From NCBI GenBank assembly GCA_020051845.1, contig JAGVQG010000057.1, positions 1-57,742 of the forward strand: a stretch of DNA of 57,742 bases, written 5' to 3'. The notes under the pieces were generated by a model, which worked only from the letters and a program-made list of their open reading frames with translations, did not search any database and was not told the DNA's origin. Source of the DNA: an archaeon. Lineage in GTDB: Archaea; Nanobdellota; Nanobdellia; Woesearchaeales; ARS49. Made by a program: the position numbers and the translations under genes. This document shows, piece by piece, positions 10,148-19,530 of the stretch (positions within the stretch are counted from its first letter, which is position 1; each line of letters begins with the position of its first letter).

Positions 10148-10916
10148 CTTGAATCCTATCGCGATATCGCTTGGCTCGCTTGAGATACGCTGGTACGGCA
10201 TAATGTACGTTCTCGCTTTCATCTTCACCTGGTTCTACATGCGCCGTCGCGCGAAGCTGGGAAAGATACCATTGTCTCTGGACGATGTCGAGAGCGCGAT
10301 GACCTGGCTCGTTGTAGGAGTCGTTGTCGGCGGCCGTCTTGGCCATGTGTTGTTCTACGAGCCTTTGTATTATTTGCAGCATCCTATTGAGATATTCGCG
10401 GTCTGGCAGGGCGGATTGTCGTTCCATGGCGGATTGCTGGCGTGCGTGGTTTTCTGCTACATATTCGCGAGGAAGAGGGGCATCGACTTCCTTGAGTTGG
10501 CTGACGCATTCGCCGTTCCTTTGGCGATCGACCAGACTTTCGGCAGGATGGGCAACTTCATCAACGGCGAGCTTTTCGGCCGCGTGACGACCGTTGCCTG
10601 GGCGATGATCTTCCCCGCGGCAGGCGATCTTCTGCCGCGTCACCCGTCCATGCTTTACGAGGCAGGGTACAACTTGATAATCGGCGGGATCCTGTTCTTG
10701 TTGCGCGATGGCAAGAGGAAGCCGGGATTCCTCATCGGCTTGTGGTTCATGTTATACGCCATCGCCCGAGGTATTGTCGAGTTCGTGCGCGTGCCTGACT
10801 ACATGGTCGGACCGCTGACGGCAGGACAGATGTTGAGCATCCCGATGTTCATCGTCGGATTGTGGCTTGTTCTAAGAAAAGACACTCGAAAAAAGGTCAG
10901 CGCGGCAAAGCTTTGA
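10134..10916 (+). CDS. lgt: Prolipoprotein diacylglyceryl transferase
   Basis: IRWYG, GGRLG.VLFY, GGLSFHGG, GR.GNFINGELFGR, RHPS.LYE, R..VEF.R.PD, GQ.LS.P motifs. Confidence 0.95.
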   Translation: MWTHDLNPIAISLGSLEIRWYGIMYVLAFIFTWFYMRRRAKLGKIPLSLDDVESAMTWLVVGVVVGGRLGHVLFYEPLYYLQHPIEIFAVWQGGLSFHGGLLACVVFCYIFARKRGIDFLELADAFAVPLAIDQTFGRMGNFINGELFGRVTTVAWAMIFPAAGDLLPRHPSMLYEAGYNLIIGGILFLLRDGKRKPGFLIGLWFMLYAIARGIVEFVRVPDYMVGPLTAGQMLSIPMFIVGLWLVLRKDTRKKVSAAKL

Positions 10917-11313
10917 GCAATGCTTCGTGGTTAACTATCTGGTCGGCGATCAGGTTCTTCGCTTTTTCGATGATTACGACTAGTTTTGTCACCTCTCCGC
11001 CGACGCCTTTGTTCTTCTTCTCGATTGGCAGTCCCATTCTCTTGAAATAGACGACCTCTTGCGCTGCCCTGTCGATCTTGTTTGATAGGTCGACGAAGTC
11101 GGTCGTCAGTTTTAATCCGCAGGATTTTGACAAGATGTTTATGACTTCTATTCTGCGTTCTTTTGAGAGTACGTCCTTGCCGCTTAATGACACGAGGGCT
11201 TCCTTTAATCTGACTAGTTCTTCACCGACGTCCTTTCTGGTGAATACCTTCGTGTCAGACATATTGCCTGCATGAGAATCCGCATTAATTAAAGTTGCGG
11301 TGATGGAACTCAT
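10897..11313 (-). CDS. Hypothetical protein
   Basis: ATGA-coupled to the upstream flavin reductase gene; no motif. Confidence 0.55.
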   Translation of the reverse strand: MSSITATLINADSHAGNMSDTKVFTRKDVGEELVRLKEALVSLSGKDVLSKERRIEVINILSKSCGLKLTTDFVDLSNKIDRAAQEVVYFKRMGLPIEKKNKGVGGEVTKLVVIIEKAKNLIADQIVNHEALLKALPR

Positions 11314-11843
11314 TGCGTCGTCGTGAACTTGTCACCTTCGACGTGGAAGAGTCTTTTTGCTTCCTTGTGGGGAAGGTCTGCGTGCAGTATCCTGCCGATG
11401 AAGATGATGTGGTCGTCTGTCTCGACGTCTCTGTTGAGTTCGCATTCTGCCCAGCCGACCGCTTCCATCACTCTTGGGCATGGCACCATGACTCCTTCTG
11501 CTTTTGTGAGTCCACTTGCCTTGAATGGGTCGTCGAATGCCATCTCGTGACTGGAGAGTTTGACGACAGCGTCCTCGAGTTCTTTTCCTAAGAAATTGAC
11601 TATGAACCTTCCTTCGTCGCGTATGACTGCGATCGCCTGCTCCTGGGATTTTGGTATTATCACGAGATACATCGCGGGTTCCTGGCAGCAGGGTGAGTGC
11701 CATGTCGTGGGCACCACATAATCCCTTTCCGCCATCCTGCCGACGATTATGGTCCTACCGCGGCAGCTGACGAGCACCATCTGCCGTGGATTGTAGAGAA
11801 GCACCATGTTAGAATTCTTCAGGTATGAACCGGTCTGCTTCAT
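11310..11843 (-). CDS. Flavin reductase-like FMN-binding protein
   Basis: P...VLVS, W..P....P, F.VNF, P.V.EA....EC, DH..FIG.I motifs. Confidence 0.85.
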   Translation of the reverse strand: MKQTGSYLKNSNMVLLYNPRQMVLVSCRGRTIIVGRMAERDYVVPTTWHSPCCQEPAMYLVIIPKSQEQAIAVIRDEGRFIVNFLGKELEDAVVKLSSHEMAFDDPFKASGLTKAEGVMVPCPRVMEAVGWAECELNRDVETDDHIIFIGRILHADLPHKEAKRLFHVEGDKFTTTQ

Positions 11844-12030
11844 ATTGTTGTATGGTGGATGTGTGGTTATCGGGCATGATGGTCATCACGTGTACATTAT
11901 ATTAAAATGTGACGTTCAGCCCCGTCGGGCATTATCTCTTGTTGATTGACGTCACCGATGTCTGTGCAGTATTGTGCGAGCCCGTTGCTCTGGCGGACAT
12001 GGTCGGTATTTGTGTAGAAAGGTTTAAATA

Positions 12031-12046
12031 GATATACCGATATATC
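12031..12046. promoter_or_regulatory. Palindromic operator directly after the TATA box of the MNT-HEPN operon
   Basis: GATATA-ccga-TATATC next to TTTAAATA (12023-12030). Confidence 0.5.
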
Positions 12047-12062
12047 AAAGAAATTGAACCGA

Positions 12063-12605
12063 ATGATAAAATTAGATGAACTTTTGGGACAACGGAAGGC
12101 ATGGAGGCTGCTGCTTGTGTTTCTGCGGCATCCTTCTAATGAGTTTTTGCAGCGAGAGCTGAGGAAAAAGACGGGTCTATCGAAGGCGACGCTCATCAAA
12201 TGGTTGGGTGTGCTTCACAAACATGATCTGCTTGGGTTGAAGAAGAAAGGAAATGTCCATCTGTATACGCTGCAGAAAGAGGATCCTGTCATAAGGCACC
12301 TCAAAGTCATGGACACGCTTATTCGTATACGTACGCTCAGGACGGTATGTGTGCATCACGGTTGCGAGGCATTCTTGTATGGGAGCGCCGCTCGTGGTGA
12401 GGATAGCGAGGATAGTGATATCGATATCTTGCTCATTGGTAAGATCTCCCGTCTGCAGATCATCGATGAGGTGGATGCGATTGCGCAGAAGATAGGTAAA
12501 CGGATTTCGCTGCAATTGTTTACCTCTATGGAGTGGGCGGCGATGGCTAAGAAAGACCCGGCGTTCTTCGAAAGGGTTGAACATGACAAGGTGAATGTGG
12601 CATGA
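12063..12605 (+). CDS. HTH-fused minimal nucleotidyltransferase (MNT antitoxin)
   Basis: N-terminal winged HTH; LYGS-X10-DID motif. Confidence 0.9.
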   Translation: MIKLDELLGQRKAWRLLLVFLRHPSNEFLQRELRKKTGLSKATLIKWLGVLHKHDLLGLKKKGNVHLYTLQKEDPVIRHLKVMDTLIRIRTLRTVCVHHGCEAFLYGSAARGEDSEDSDIDILLIGKISRLQIIDEVDAIAQKIGKRISLQLFTSMEWAAMAKKDPAFFERVEHDKVNVA

Positions 12606-13030
12606 ATGTGAATGAGTGTGTGCAGAAGGGCTGGCTGGTGCGCATCGCGCCTGACCAAGAGCTTGTTCACAAGGAGTTGGTCGAGTCCGCGTATGACTTG
12701 GAGAAGGCAGGGAGCGCGCTGGACGATGAAGATTACAAGTGGGGCATCGTCAAGAGCTATTATGCGATGTTTCATGCCGCACGCGCGATTCTCTTCTCTC
12801 TTGGTTACCAGGAAAAGAGGCATGCTGCGGTGACGATAGTGCTTGAAGAGCTGCACAAACAGGGAAAGATCGAGTCGAAATTCGTGACGCAGTTCAAGGC
12901 GGCGATCTCGGCGAGGGAAGACGCGGATTATCATTACACGTACTCTGATGTTCTGGCACGACAGAGTCTTGATATGGCTGAGGAATTCACGCATAGGATG
13001 CAGAAACTTCTTAATCGCGCAGATAAGTGA
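12602..13030 (+). CDS. HEPN domain protein (UPF0332-like toxin)
   Basis: YYAMFHAARA.L and REDADYH motifs; ATGA overlap with MNT. Confidence 0.9.
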   Translation: MNVNECVQKGWLVRIAPDQELVHKELVESAYDLEKAGSALDDEDYKWGIVKSYYAMFHAARAILFSLGYQEKRHAAVTIVLEELHKQGKIESKFVTQFKAAISAREDADYHYTYSDVLARQSLDMAEEFTHRMQKLLNRADK

Positions 13031-13042
13031 GGTATTGACCGA

Positions 13043-13522
13043 TCATCGCGCATTGCAGATGAATATCTTGTCGTTGCGCTGGTCTATCGTCTCGACGACC
13101 TTGAATATCTTATTGATCATCTTCTCGATGTCTTTTGCTTTGGTGCTCCTTTTCTGCAGGGCTATCGCGACGTCGCGTACAGTCACTCGTTCAATCTCAG
13201 CCAACCCTTTCTCAGGGTCGTCGAAATTGTGGATTGCGCTGACGCAGACGCATACGTCGAATGACTTGTCTTTGAATGGGAGCTCCTCAGCTTTTCCGAT
13301 GAGTGTCTTGAACGGGCATTGTTTCGCGAGTTCCTTGCTTGGCTCTAGTCCTGTCTTCTTGCCTTTGAGATATTGGCTTCCAAGCCCGCTTCCGCAGCCG
13401 ACATCCAGGATGGTGTCGGTCTCGCTTGTCTGAAGATGCTGGCTGATTATGAGTGCTTTCTCGGCCTGTTCGCTGCCATGCAATTCGTTGTAGGACGCCG
13501 CGATGTCGTCGTAGGAGGGCAT
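13043..13522 (-). CDS. Class I SAM-dependent methyltransferase
   Basis: ILDVGCGSG, AEELPF.D.SFD motifs. Confidence 0.9.
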   Translation of the reverse strand: MPSYDDIAASYNELHGSEQAEKALIISQHLQTSETDTILDVGCGSGLGSQYLKGKKTGLEPSKELAKQCPFKTLIGKAEELPFKDKSFDVCVCVSAIHNFDDPEKGLAEIERVTVRDVAIALQKRSTKAKDIEKMINKIFKVVETIDQRNDKIFICNAR

Positions 13523-13578
13523 TGGGTGTGTATTCTGCAGGGGTTTTTAAGCTGATTTATGGTTTGTTGTCCTTTAAT

Positions 13579-13609
13579 AGTAGTTAAAAAATGGTAAGAT
13601 TTATAAAGG
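13579..13609 (+). promoter_or_regulatory. Extended BRE-TATA promoter, shared motif copy 1
   Basis: AGTAGTTAAAAAATGGTAAGATTTATAAAGG; similar copies at 18576, 42346, 43582. Confidence 0.65.
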
Positions 13610-13629
13610 GGTGTTACTTAGCGCCTATC

Positions 13630-14517
13630 ATGGTCCATATCACAAAATTCACTGATGATTATATCCGGGTTCCTATGTTCCGCGGCCTTGAGGAAGTTGT
13701 AATATTCCCTGGTTCTGAGAATAGGAAATCAATCCCTAACAGCACGGTTTGGGTCTTCAATAAAGAAGGGCATTCGTATAAATCAGAGATATTGCATAAT
13801 GATGTTGGTTGCGGCGTAGCCGGTTTTATCATTTCACAGGTGGATGTTCGTGGATCGGCGGATAAGATATATGATCTGCTCGCGGGAAAGAATATCCTCG
13901 GAAGGGGCAATCATTTTGTGGACGTGTGCGGACCTTTTGATTATTCTGTTCAGGGAATCAATGAACCTCCACATAATCTTCTTTTAATACATTGTGATGG
14001 TAAGACTGTCGATTCTGCCGTTCCGCGTTCGATCGAGGATGCATTGAAAGTGCAGTTGCGCGCGGAACGGTTTAGGCTGGACTTGGGTGAGAGGATCATC
14101 AGTTCTATTGGTGCCAAGGGGAAACTGCTTGGTAACTGGACCCACAATAGTGTGGAGGTTGGTGATTCTGTGATTTATCGTAGGGGCGTTATTAAGGTTC
14201 AAAGTCGCAAGGTTCATCCTTTTCTACGGAGCGTAGGAAGACCGATCGAGTTCTACTCATTCGATGCTGTTTTGCCTGTTTATGACTCGATGCCTCATGG
14301 AGTGGGACGTAAAGGTCCGCTTGGTGAGACTAAGGTGTCATTGCAGGATGCTGCTGCTTTTAGGGCGCGGGTATATGTTCCTGCGGGCATAGCTGACACT
14401 TCATTGAGAAGCGAGCATCCTGATTGTTATAGGACAGGTAGTGATGTTAACAGAATATGTAAGGATATTTTGTGGTTGGGTAAAACTGACGTTCTTGCGT
14501 ATGTTGGAAAGGTTTGA
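13630..14517 (+). CDS. rtcB: Compact, divergent RtcB-family RNA ligase
   Basis: NDVGCG, LG.GNHF, IH, HN, PHGVGR and E.P..Y motifs in RtcB order; only ~295 aa. Confidence 0.75.
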   Translation: MVHITKFTDDYIRVPMFRGLEEVVIFPGSENRKSIPNSTVWVFNKEGHSYKSEILHNDVGCGVAGFIISQVDVRGSADKIYDLLAGKNILGRGNHFVDVCGPFDYSVQGINEPPHNLLLIHCDGKTVDSAVPRSIEDALKVQLRAERFRLDLGERIISSIGAKGKLLGNWTHNSVEVGDSVIYRRGVIKVQSRKVHPFLRSVGRPIEFYSFDAVLPVYDSMPHGVGRKGPLGETKVSLQDAAAFRARVYVPAGIADTSLRSEHPDCYRTGSDVNRICKDILWLGKTDVLAYVGKV

Positions 14518-14543
14518 GTCCTCCAATCGGTTCTTTTAGGTAT

Positions 14544-17500
14544 TCAATTGTTCACAACTAGATGTATGCTCTTAGATGGCAATCCAGGTAGTTTTATTTC
14601 GACATTCACGTGTGGCTCTTTGAGCGGTGTTCCAAGATCTATCTCGGGCGTTTGGTGGATCCTCCAGAATCTCCTGAAAGTCACATATACATTAGGATCG
14701 ACATAATTGATCTCGTCCGAATATGATATCAGTTGGGCGAGATCGGTCTTGCTTATTCTTGTCACGAGCAAGTCTGTTCCTTCGAGTTTCTCCGCGTTTT
14801 GATATGCTTCTTTGATTATGGGGCTGATTTCACTGGATATTATGTTTCTTTTCAAGGATGTCTGTGATTTTGCTTTCAGGAAATAGTCGGCCGCCTCTTT
14901 CGCTATCGTCCGGAGTGTGCCATCGAGCAGCAGTATCCTGTCCTTGTCTGTTGTCATTGTTTCGTATTTTTCGAGAGTCGAATCTATGATGGCCATGTTT
15001 TTCTCTGATAGGATTGTGTCCCTGAATTTTTCCAGGGAATTCATCTCGGATATCGATGCAACTCGGTTGGTGCCGGGTTCACCAAGTATCCTGTTATCCG
15101 CTTTGTTAACGAATGTATCCAAGCTAGGTAATAAGTGGTCATCTATTATCTCGGTCTTTTCAATTGCTAGGGAGTAACTTGCTATATTTGGGTCATATTG
15201 TCTCAATTCCTCGCGTGTATTGATCAATGCCTTCAATTGTTCGTTCATTTTTCTTAGTGTTTTGCTCATTTTTAACGCGCGGTTGTCGGTGTCTGTGATT
15301 AGTGATTCCCATTCAGGGTCGTTCGAAGGTCTTTTTTGATCTTGCGTTCTTATTATATCGCCAATCATTCCGTTTCGGATCTCGTGAGGGACAAAATCTA
15401 TTTCAGGAGTCCATCCATCTTTTATGGACGCCATAAGTTCAGGAGTGAACATCACGCCTTCCACGTTCCTGAATAGATCACCTTTGCCATTTCTTTCGAG
15501 TGCCAGGAGCAGATTGTTGAAATCTCCATTCTTCACATCAATGCTCAGGATATCTCTTGATGTGGGGTCTAGTGCCAAGCGCACTGTTTTTGACAGTTCG
15601 CTCAGGCGCTCGCTTTGCTCTTGCATCAGTGGTATTCCCGCGTTTTGTCGTGAGAGCAGGGACACGAATTCTTCCTCGATTGATCTCAATGACTCGCGTG
15701 CTTTTGCGGATGTGATCAGTCCATGGTACATTTCGTGCAGGTATAGATAGTTCGTAGCTTGTTCGTCTTTTATGCCAGGTATCTCTTTTTTCAGCTCGGT
15801 TTTGGCCGTTTTGAAATCATATAAGCTGTATGGTTTTCCGTCCGAAAGTGTGAATTCAGCCCCCACCACTTTCTTACCTACGCGCATGAATCTCGGCGTC
15901 TCCTTGGATTCTATCTCCTCTACGAGCTGCTGCTCGACGGCTTTTCCTTCCACGAGCCTGTTCCAGGTGCGCACCGCGGCCTCGCTGATCTGTGCAGGAC
16001 TCAACCAATTGAACTTATCGCCTTTGGCGCTGACCATGTCTCGCGCCGTCCTTGCGGTCTCTGCTATTGTTCCTATGATGTTTATTGCTGGGTTCGTGAG
16101 TATCGACAGAACAGCCGCTGCTCTTCCCGTCCTTGCCGCGACTCCTGCCGGAGTTGTTTCAGGCACGAGCGAAGGGCCTGTCGTTCCTGCGGGTGCCGGT
16201 GATTCTACGCTTTCGAAGAATTCAGCGTATCTTTCCCTTCTTGCAAGGGATCTTTGAAGGTCTGCCGCGAGGAATCGGGGGTTGGCGCTGGACCATTTGT
16301 CAGCCTCGACCTGCATATCCTCTATCACGAGTTGTGTCTTGCGATATTGGGATTCCTGCAGGTTTCCGTACCTTAATTTGGCAGTCAGGTCTATTAGGGC
16401 ACTGTCTTCGCCTCGCATGTAGTCGTCCATCATGCGTCTTAGCTCGTTGTCCGTGATCTCGTTCTTTGATCGCGCTATTAGCGCGTTCTGGAGCAATCGT
16501 TCGCGTGCGCGCATCGCGGTCATCTCTTGGGTTGATGAGAATCGTGTCAGGAAATCGTCAGTAGGCGCGCCCTCTATCTTTGAGAGCATTTCATCGATCC
16601 TTTTGCTTGTGGTTTCGGTGTTGTCTCTTATCGTCAGCGCTAGCTCTCGTCCGCGCACTTGCTTGTATAAACTTGAGTCGTGGTTGGCCATCTGGACGTT
16701 CATATCTGCGCCGAGTTTGGCTTCAGGGTATACTGCCCAATAATCGAGCTGCTGCTTGATCATCTCTTTTGTCGGTCTAGTGTATCCTTGGTGTATGAGT
16801 GTTGCTGTGGCAAGCTCTGAGTCTTTTGCCCGTATTTGAGAATCAGTCAGTCCTCCAAGCCGGTTCTGTTCATTCGCTTTGTTTACGGTCTTGATTATAA
16901 GGTCGGGCACCAAGGATAGTTCGCCAGCTTGAAGTGGTACGTCGAATGCGTTGGCCTGTTCATGCAATTCGACGATCTTCAGCATTGTGTTCTCATTTAG
17001 TGTGGCTCTGACTGATGTGGCCATCAGTTCTGGCGCGCTCATCCCTGCGTCCTTGAATATCTGCTCGAGTTTCCCTGGTTCGAGCAATCCTGTGGCTTTC
17101 GCTTTCTCTACGAGCGCGAGTCCTGTGCGGGCCATCTCTGCCACGTCGAACTTTCCATCCGCTTTCATGAAGGCGTTCGGTGGAGTGTATGCTGGGATGT
17201 ATGACGCGTCCCCTATTCCGTCGACAGAAAGTCCTTTCTCGGTCTGGAACGCGGCTCCGCGATCAACTGGCTCTATGTTGATCACGGGTTTTCCATCGCG
17301 TGTTATGGGCTCTCCTTTTGAGTTGCGCGCTTCTGTGTATGCGAAATTGGTGCCCATGTCTACGTGGTGTGTTGCGAGCATCCTGGTCCAGGCAAGCATC
17401 ATATCGATGTCAGGGCTGGTGAGTCTTGCCAATCCGCTTTGTATTGCGCTGTGTGCCAGGTTTTGGTCTATGGCGTTCTCGAGCAGAGGCACAAGGAGTA

Positions 17501-18359
17501 CTGTTGTCTCTTTGCCGTTGACTTCGACGGTGAGCCTGCGTGATTCTTGCAGGTTCGTTCCTAATAGTAGATTGGTGATTCTTGTCTCTGCTATGTCGCG
17601 GGCGGCGTTCTCCCTGTTTCCTGTTATTATTATGTCGCTCCTTCCGTTCTCGATGACATTTTTTAATGGTACTTTCGTGTTCTTGTTCTCTCTGACGAAA
17701 TTTGCGTCGACAGAAGGGATTGCCACCCACTTGCTTTCGACGGTTCCTGAAGGCGTCTGTTCTTTGAGCGTCACTCTGTAAACGCTGGGCATCACACCGA
17801 ACTGTGTCAGCATGGCTATATTGAATCGGTCGAGCGTAGGGTCCTTTCCGAACGCTGATTGCGCGTAAAGGATTTGGGAGTTAAGTCCTCCGGTGCTTCC
17901 TTCCTTGAAGGTCAACACGCTTAGTCCGTCGCGAGATTTGTATTGTGGTTCTTGGACCTGTTCTGGCGTTTCAAACGATCTGAGTCCTTCTTTTGGATTC
18001 TTGTTCGCAGCAAGTCTGTCGTGACGGACCATCCTTTGTTCATTGGATAGTTCGTTCACAGGTTTTTCCGCAACGATCGACTCTATGTTGTGGATGCGCT
18101 CTGCTTCTTGTATGGCTCCGACACTGTCTATTGTGGTCGGCGGTGTAGTTATCTCGTAAAGGACTTGTCGTATCTCGCCTTTGTATGTAGGATCCGATTC
18201 AGAATTGAGTCTTATCTTCAGGAATTTCACGATCTGTTCTTGCGTTGTTCCTTTCTCGCGCATTCTCGCGATAGTTTCGTATAGTTCTGCGCAGCTAGCG
18301 AATGTCGATTGCGCGAGTATCAATATGAGAAGCAGGGCTATGGCATGTCTGAACTTCAT
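14544..18359 (-). CDS. Large secreted multi-domain protein (putative polymorphic toxin/effector)
   Basis: Signal peptide; kinase-like motifs HVDMGTNF/VDRGAAF; HEMYH zincin motif; C-terminal RIH...PHVNVE...IHL. Confidence 0.8.
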   Translation of the reverse strand: MKFRHAIALLLILILAQSTFASCAELYETIARMREKGTTQEQIVKFLKIRLNSESDPTYKGEIRQVLYEITTPPTTIDSVGAIQEAERIHNIESIVAEKPVNELSNEQRMVRHDRLAANKNPKEGLRSFETPEQVQEPQYKSRDGLSVLTFKEGSTGGLNSQILYAQSAFGKDPTLDRFNIAMLTQFGVMPSVYRVTLKEQTPSGTVESKWVAIPSVDANFVRENKNTKVPLKNVIENGRSDIIITGNRENAARDIAETRITNLLLGTNLQESRRLTVEVNGKETTVLLVPLLENAIDQNLAHSAIQSGLARLTSPDIDMMLAWTRMLATHHVDMGTNFAYTEARNSKGEPITRDGKPVINIEPVDRGAAFQTEKGLSVDGIGDASYIPAYTPPNAFMKADGKFDVAEMARTGLALVEKAKATGLLEPGKLEQIFKDAGMSAPELMATSVRATLNENTMLKIVELHEQANAFDVPLQAGELSLVPDLIIKTVNKANEQNRLGGLTDSQIRAKDSELATATLIHQGYTRPTKEMIKQQLDYWAVYPEAKLGADMNVQMANHDSSLYKQVRGRELALTIRDNTETTSKRIDEMLSKIEGAPTDDFLTRFSSTQEMTAMRARERLLQNALIARSKNEITDNELRRMMDDYMRGEDSALIDLTAKLRYGNLQESQYRKTQLVIEDMQVEADKWSSANPRFLAADLQRSLARRERYAEFFESVESPAPAGTTGPSLVPETTPAGVAARTGRAAAVLSILTNPAINIIGTIAETARTARDMVSAKGDKFNWLSPAQISEAAVRTWNRLVEGKAVEQQLVEEIESKETPRFMRVGKKVVGAEFTLSDGKPYSLYDFKTAKTELKKEIPGIKDEQATNYLYLHEMYHGLITSAKARESLRSIEEEFVSLLSRQNAGIPLMQEQSERLSELSKTVRLALDPTSRDILSIDVKNGDFNNLLLALERNGKGDLFRNVEGVMFTPELMASIKDGWTPEIDFVPHEIRNGMIGDIIRTQDQKRPSNDPEWESLITDTDNRALKMSKTLRKMNEQLKALINTREELRQYDPNIASYSLAIEKTEIIDDHLLPSLDTFVNKADNRILGEPGTNRVASISEMNSLEKFRDTILSEKNMAIIDSTLEKYETMTTDKDRILLLDGTLRTIAKEAADYFLKAKSQTSLKRNIISSEISPIIKEAYQNAEKLEGTDLLVTRISKTDLAQLISYSDEINYVDPNVYVTFRRFWRIHQTPEIDLGTPLKEPHVNVEIKLPGLPSKSIHLVVNN

Positions 18360-18493
18360 TTCTGCTCTCCCTCCAGCGCGTCAAGGGCGAGTCCGATTAT
18401 GTAGTCGTTAGGCTCGTATCCGCTCTTCTTGAGTTTCTGTATACGTTCGAAATTGCGTTGTGATATCTTGGTTATTTTTGTAAGTACTGCCAC
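18356..18493 (-). CDS. Small ribbon-helix-helix/antitoxin-like DNA-binding protein (45 aa), not in ORF track
   Basis: GTG start; MAVLTKITKISQRNFERIQKLKKSGYEPNDYIIGLALDALEGEQK*; ATGA overlap with the 1271-aa gene; TATA box ~25 nt upstream. Confidence 0.65.
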   Translation of the reverse strand: MAVLTKITKISQRNFERIQKLKKSGYEPNDYIIGLALDALEGEQK

Positions 18494-18575
18494 AAGCACT
18501 TCTGGTATACTGGAGTATATAAAAGTTGTCTAAAGATTACTGTGGTTAACCATTTATATATATTAATCACTGATA

Positions 18576-18605
18576 AGTAATAAAAACTAGAAACATTTAT
18601 AAAGG
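18576..18605 (+). promoter_or_regulatory. Extended BRE-TATA promoter, shared motif copy 2
   Basis: AGTAATAAAAACTAGAAACATTTATAAAGG. Confidence 0.65.
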
Positions 18606-18633
18606 TCGCGGATATAGGGGGTGAAGAACGGAC

Positions 18634-19530
18634 ATGGTAGATATTGAACTACGTGACATTATTGATGGCTTCAAGGATCCTGAATACGCGATATCTCGTA
18701 TGAAAAAGGATATTCCTACTGATGCTACTGTTCTTGAGGGTAGGATTCGTGATGCGGGTCTAAGGTTGGTCGGCGCCTCGCAAGGGCATCCTGCAAGACA
18801 TCTGGTGACCGCTATCGGCACTTTTCACGACGACCCTGAGCAGGACGCGGCTGTTGTTAGCTACATCTCTTCTTTCAAGAAGGTTTACAGGACACTATAT
18901 TTGTCAGAGGGAGATAAAGGGACTTATGATGTTCCGCTCTCACTTCGCATTAATGGAGAGTTGGCCCGTCTAGGCTGTATAGGTCCTGATGGTCGTCTTG
19001 TGCTTGGTGAGCTTGGATTCTTGGATAAACAGATGGCTGCATTGTCCGATGAACTTGTCAAGGACAAGCGTCTTATTATGGTGCTTAGGAATGAGGGTCG
19101 CGTCAAGGTCAGGAAGATAAAGTCCGATTCTGTCGAGGCCAAATTGGCGCCGTTCTGGTTCGAACACAAAAGTGAGGTGCGTTTCACCGAGGATATTGAT
19201 GCATATGCCGATCAGAATGCGGCCAATGCGCGCTATATCGAGACTATGAACGGTAAGCAGATCCCTGTCCCAGGAACGAAGGAATATGATGCTTGGGAAT
19301 CATTGTTCGCAGGAGTGGTTCATGGAATGGCTTCACGCGACGATCATTTTATTTTCGACGCGACCACTGAATCTCGCTCGCGTCCTGTGATATTGAGGGT
19401 CGGAGCAGGCCACATCATAGGTGGTACTTTGGGTAAGTTCATGGAATATCAAGAAGTGCCTAGTATTCTGTTGTTGCCTGATAAGCCATTCAAGTCTTTT
19501 TTCGGCCAAACATCAAGAATAGGGTCTTAG
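18634..19530 (+). CDS. ChaN/EreA/TIKI-like protein, paralogue of 42396..43115
   Basis: IG.FH, LYLSEG, RD..., VGAGH.IGG.L motifs; no signal peptide. Confidence 0.6.
   Translation: MVDIELRDIIDGFKDPEYAISRMKKDIPTDATVLEGRIRDAGLRLVGASQGHPARHLVTAIGTFHDDPEQDAAVVSYISSFKKVYRTLYLSEGDKGTYDVPLSLRINGELARLGCIGPDGRLVLGELGFLDKQMAALSDELVKDKRLIMVLRNEGRVKVRKIKSDSVEAKLAPFWFEHKSEVRFTEDIDAYADQNAANARYIETMNGKQIPVPGTKEYDAWESLFAGVVHGMASRDDHFIFDATTESRSRPVILRVGAGHIIGGTLGKFMEYQEVPSILLLPDKPFKSFFGQTSRIGS

Noticed and set aside
11844-12020. Possible ncRNA or small ORF in the divergent spacer
   Set aside because: No convincing stem structure, family motif or RBS-supported ORF
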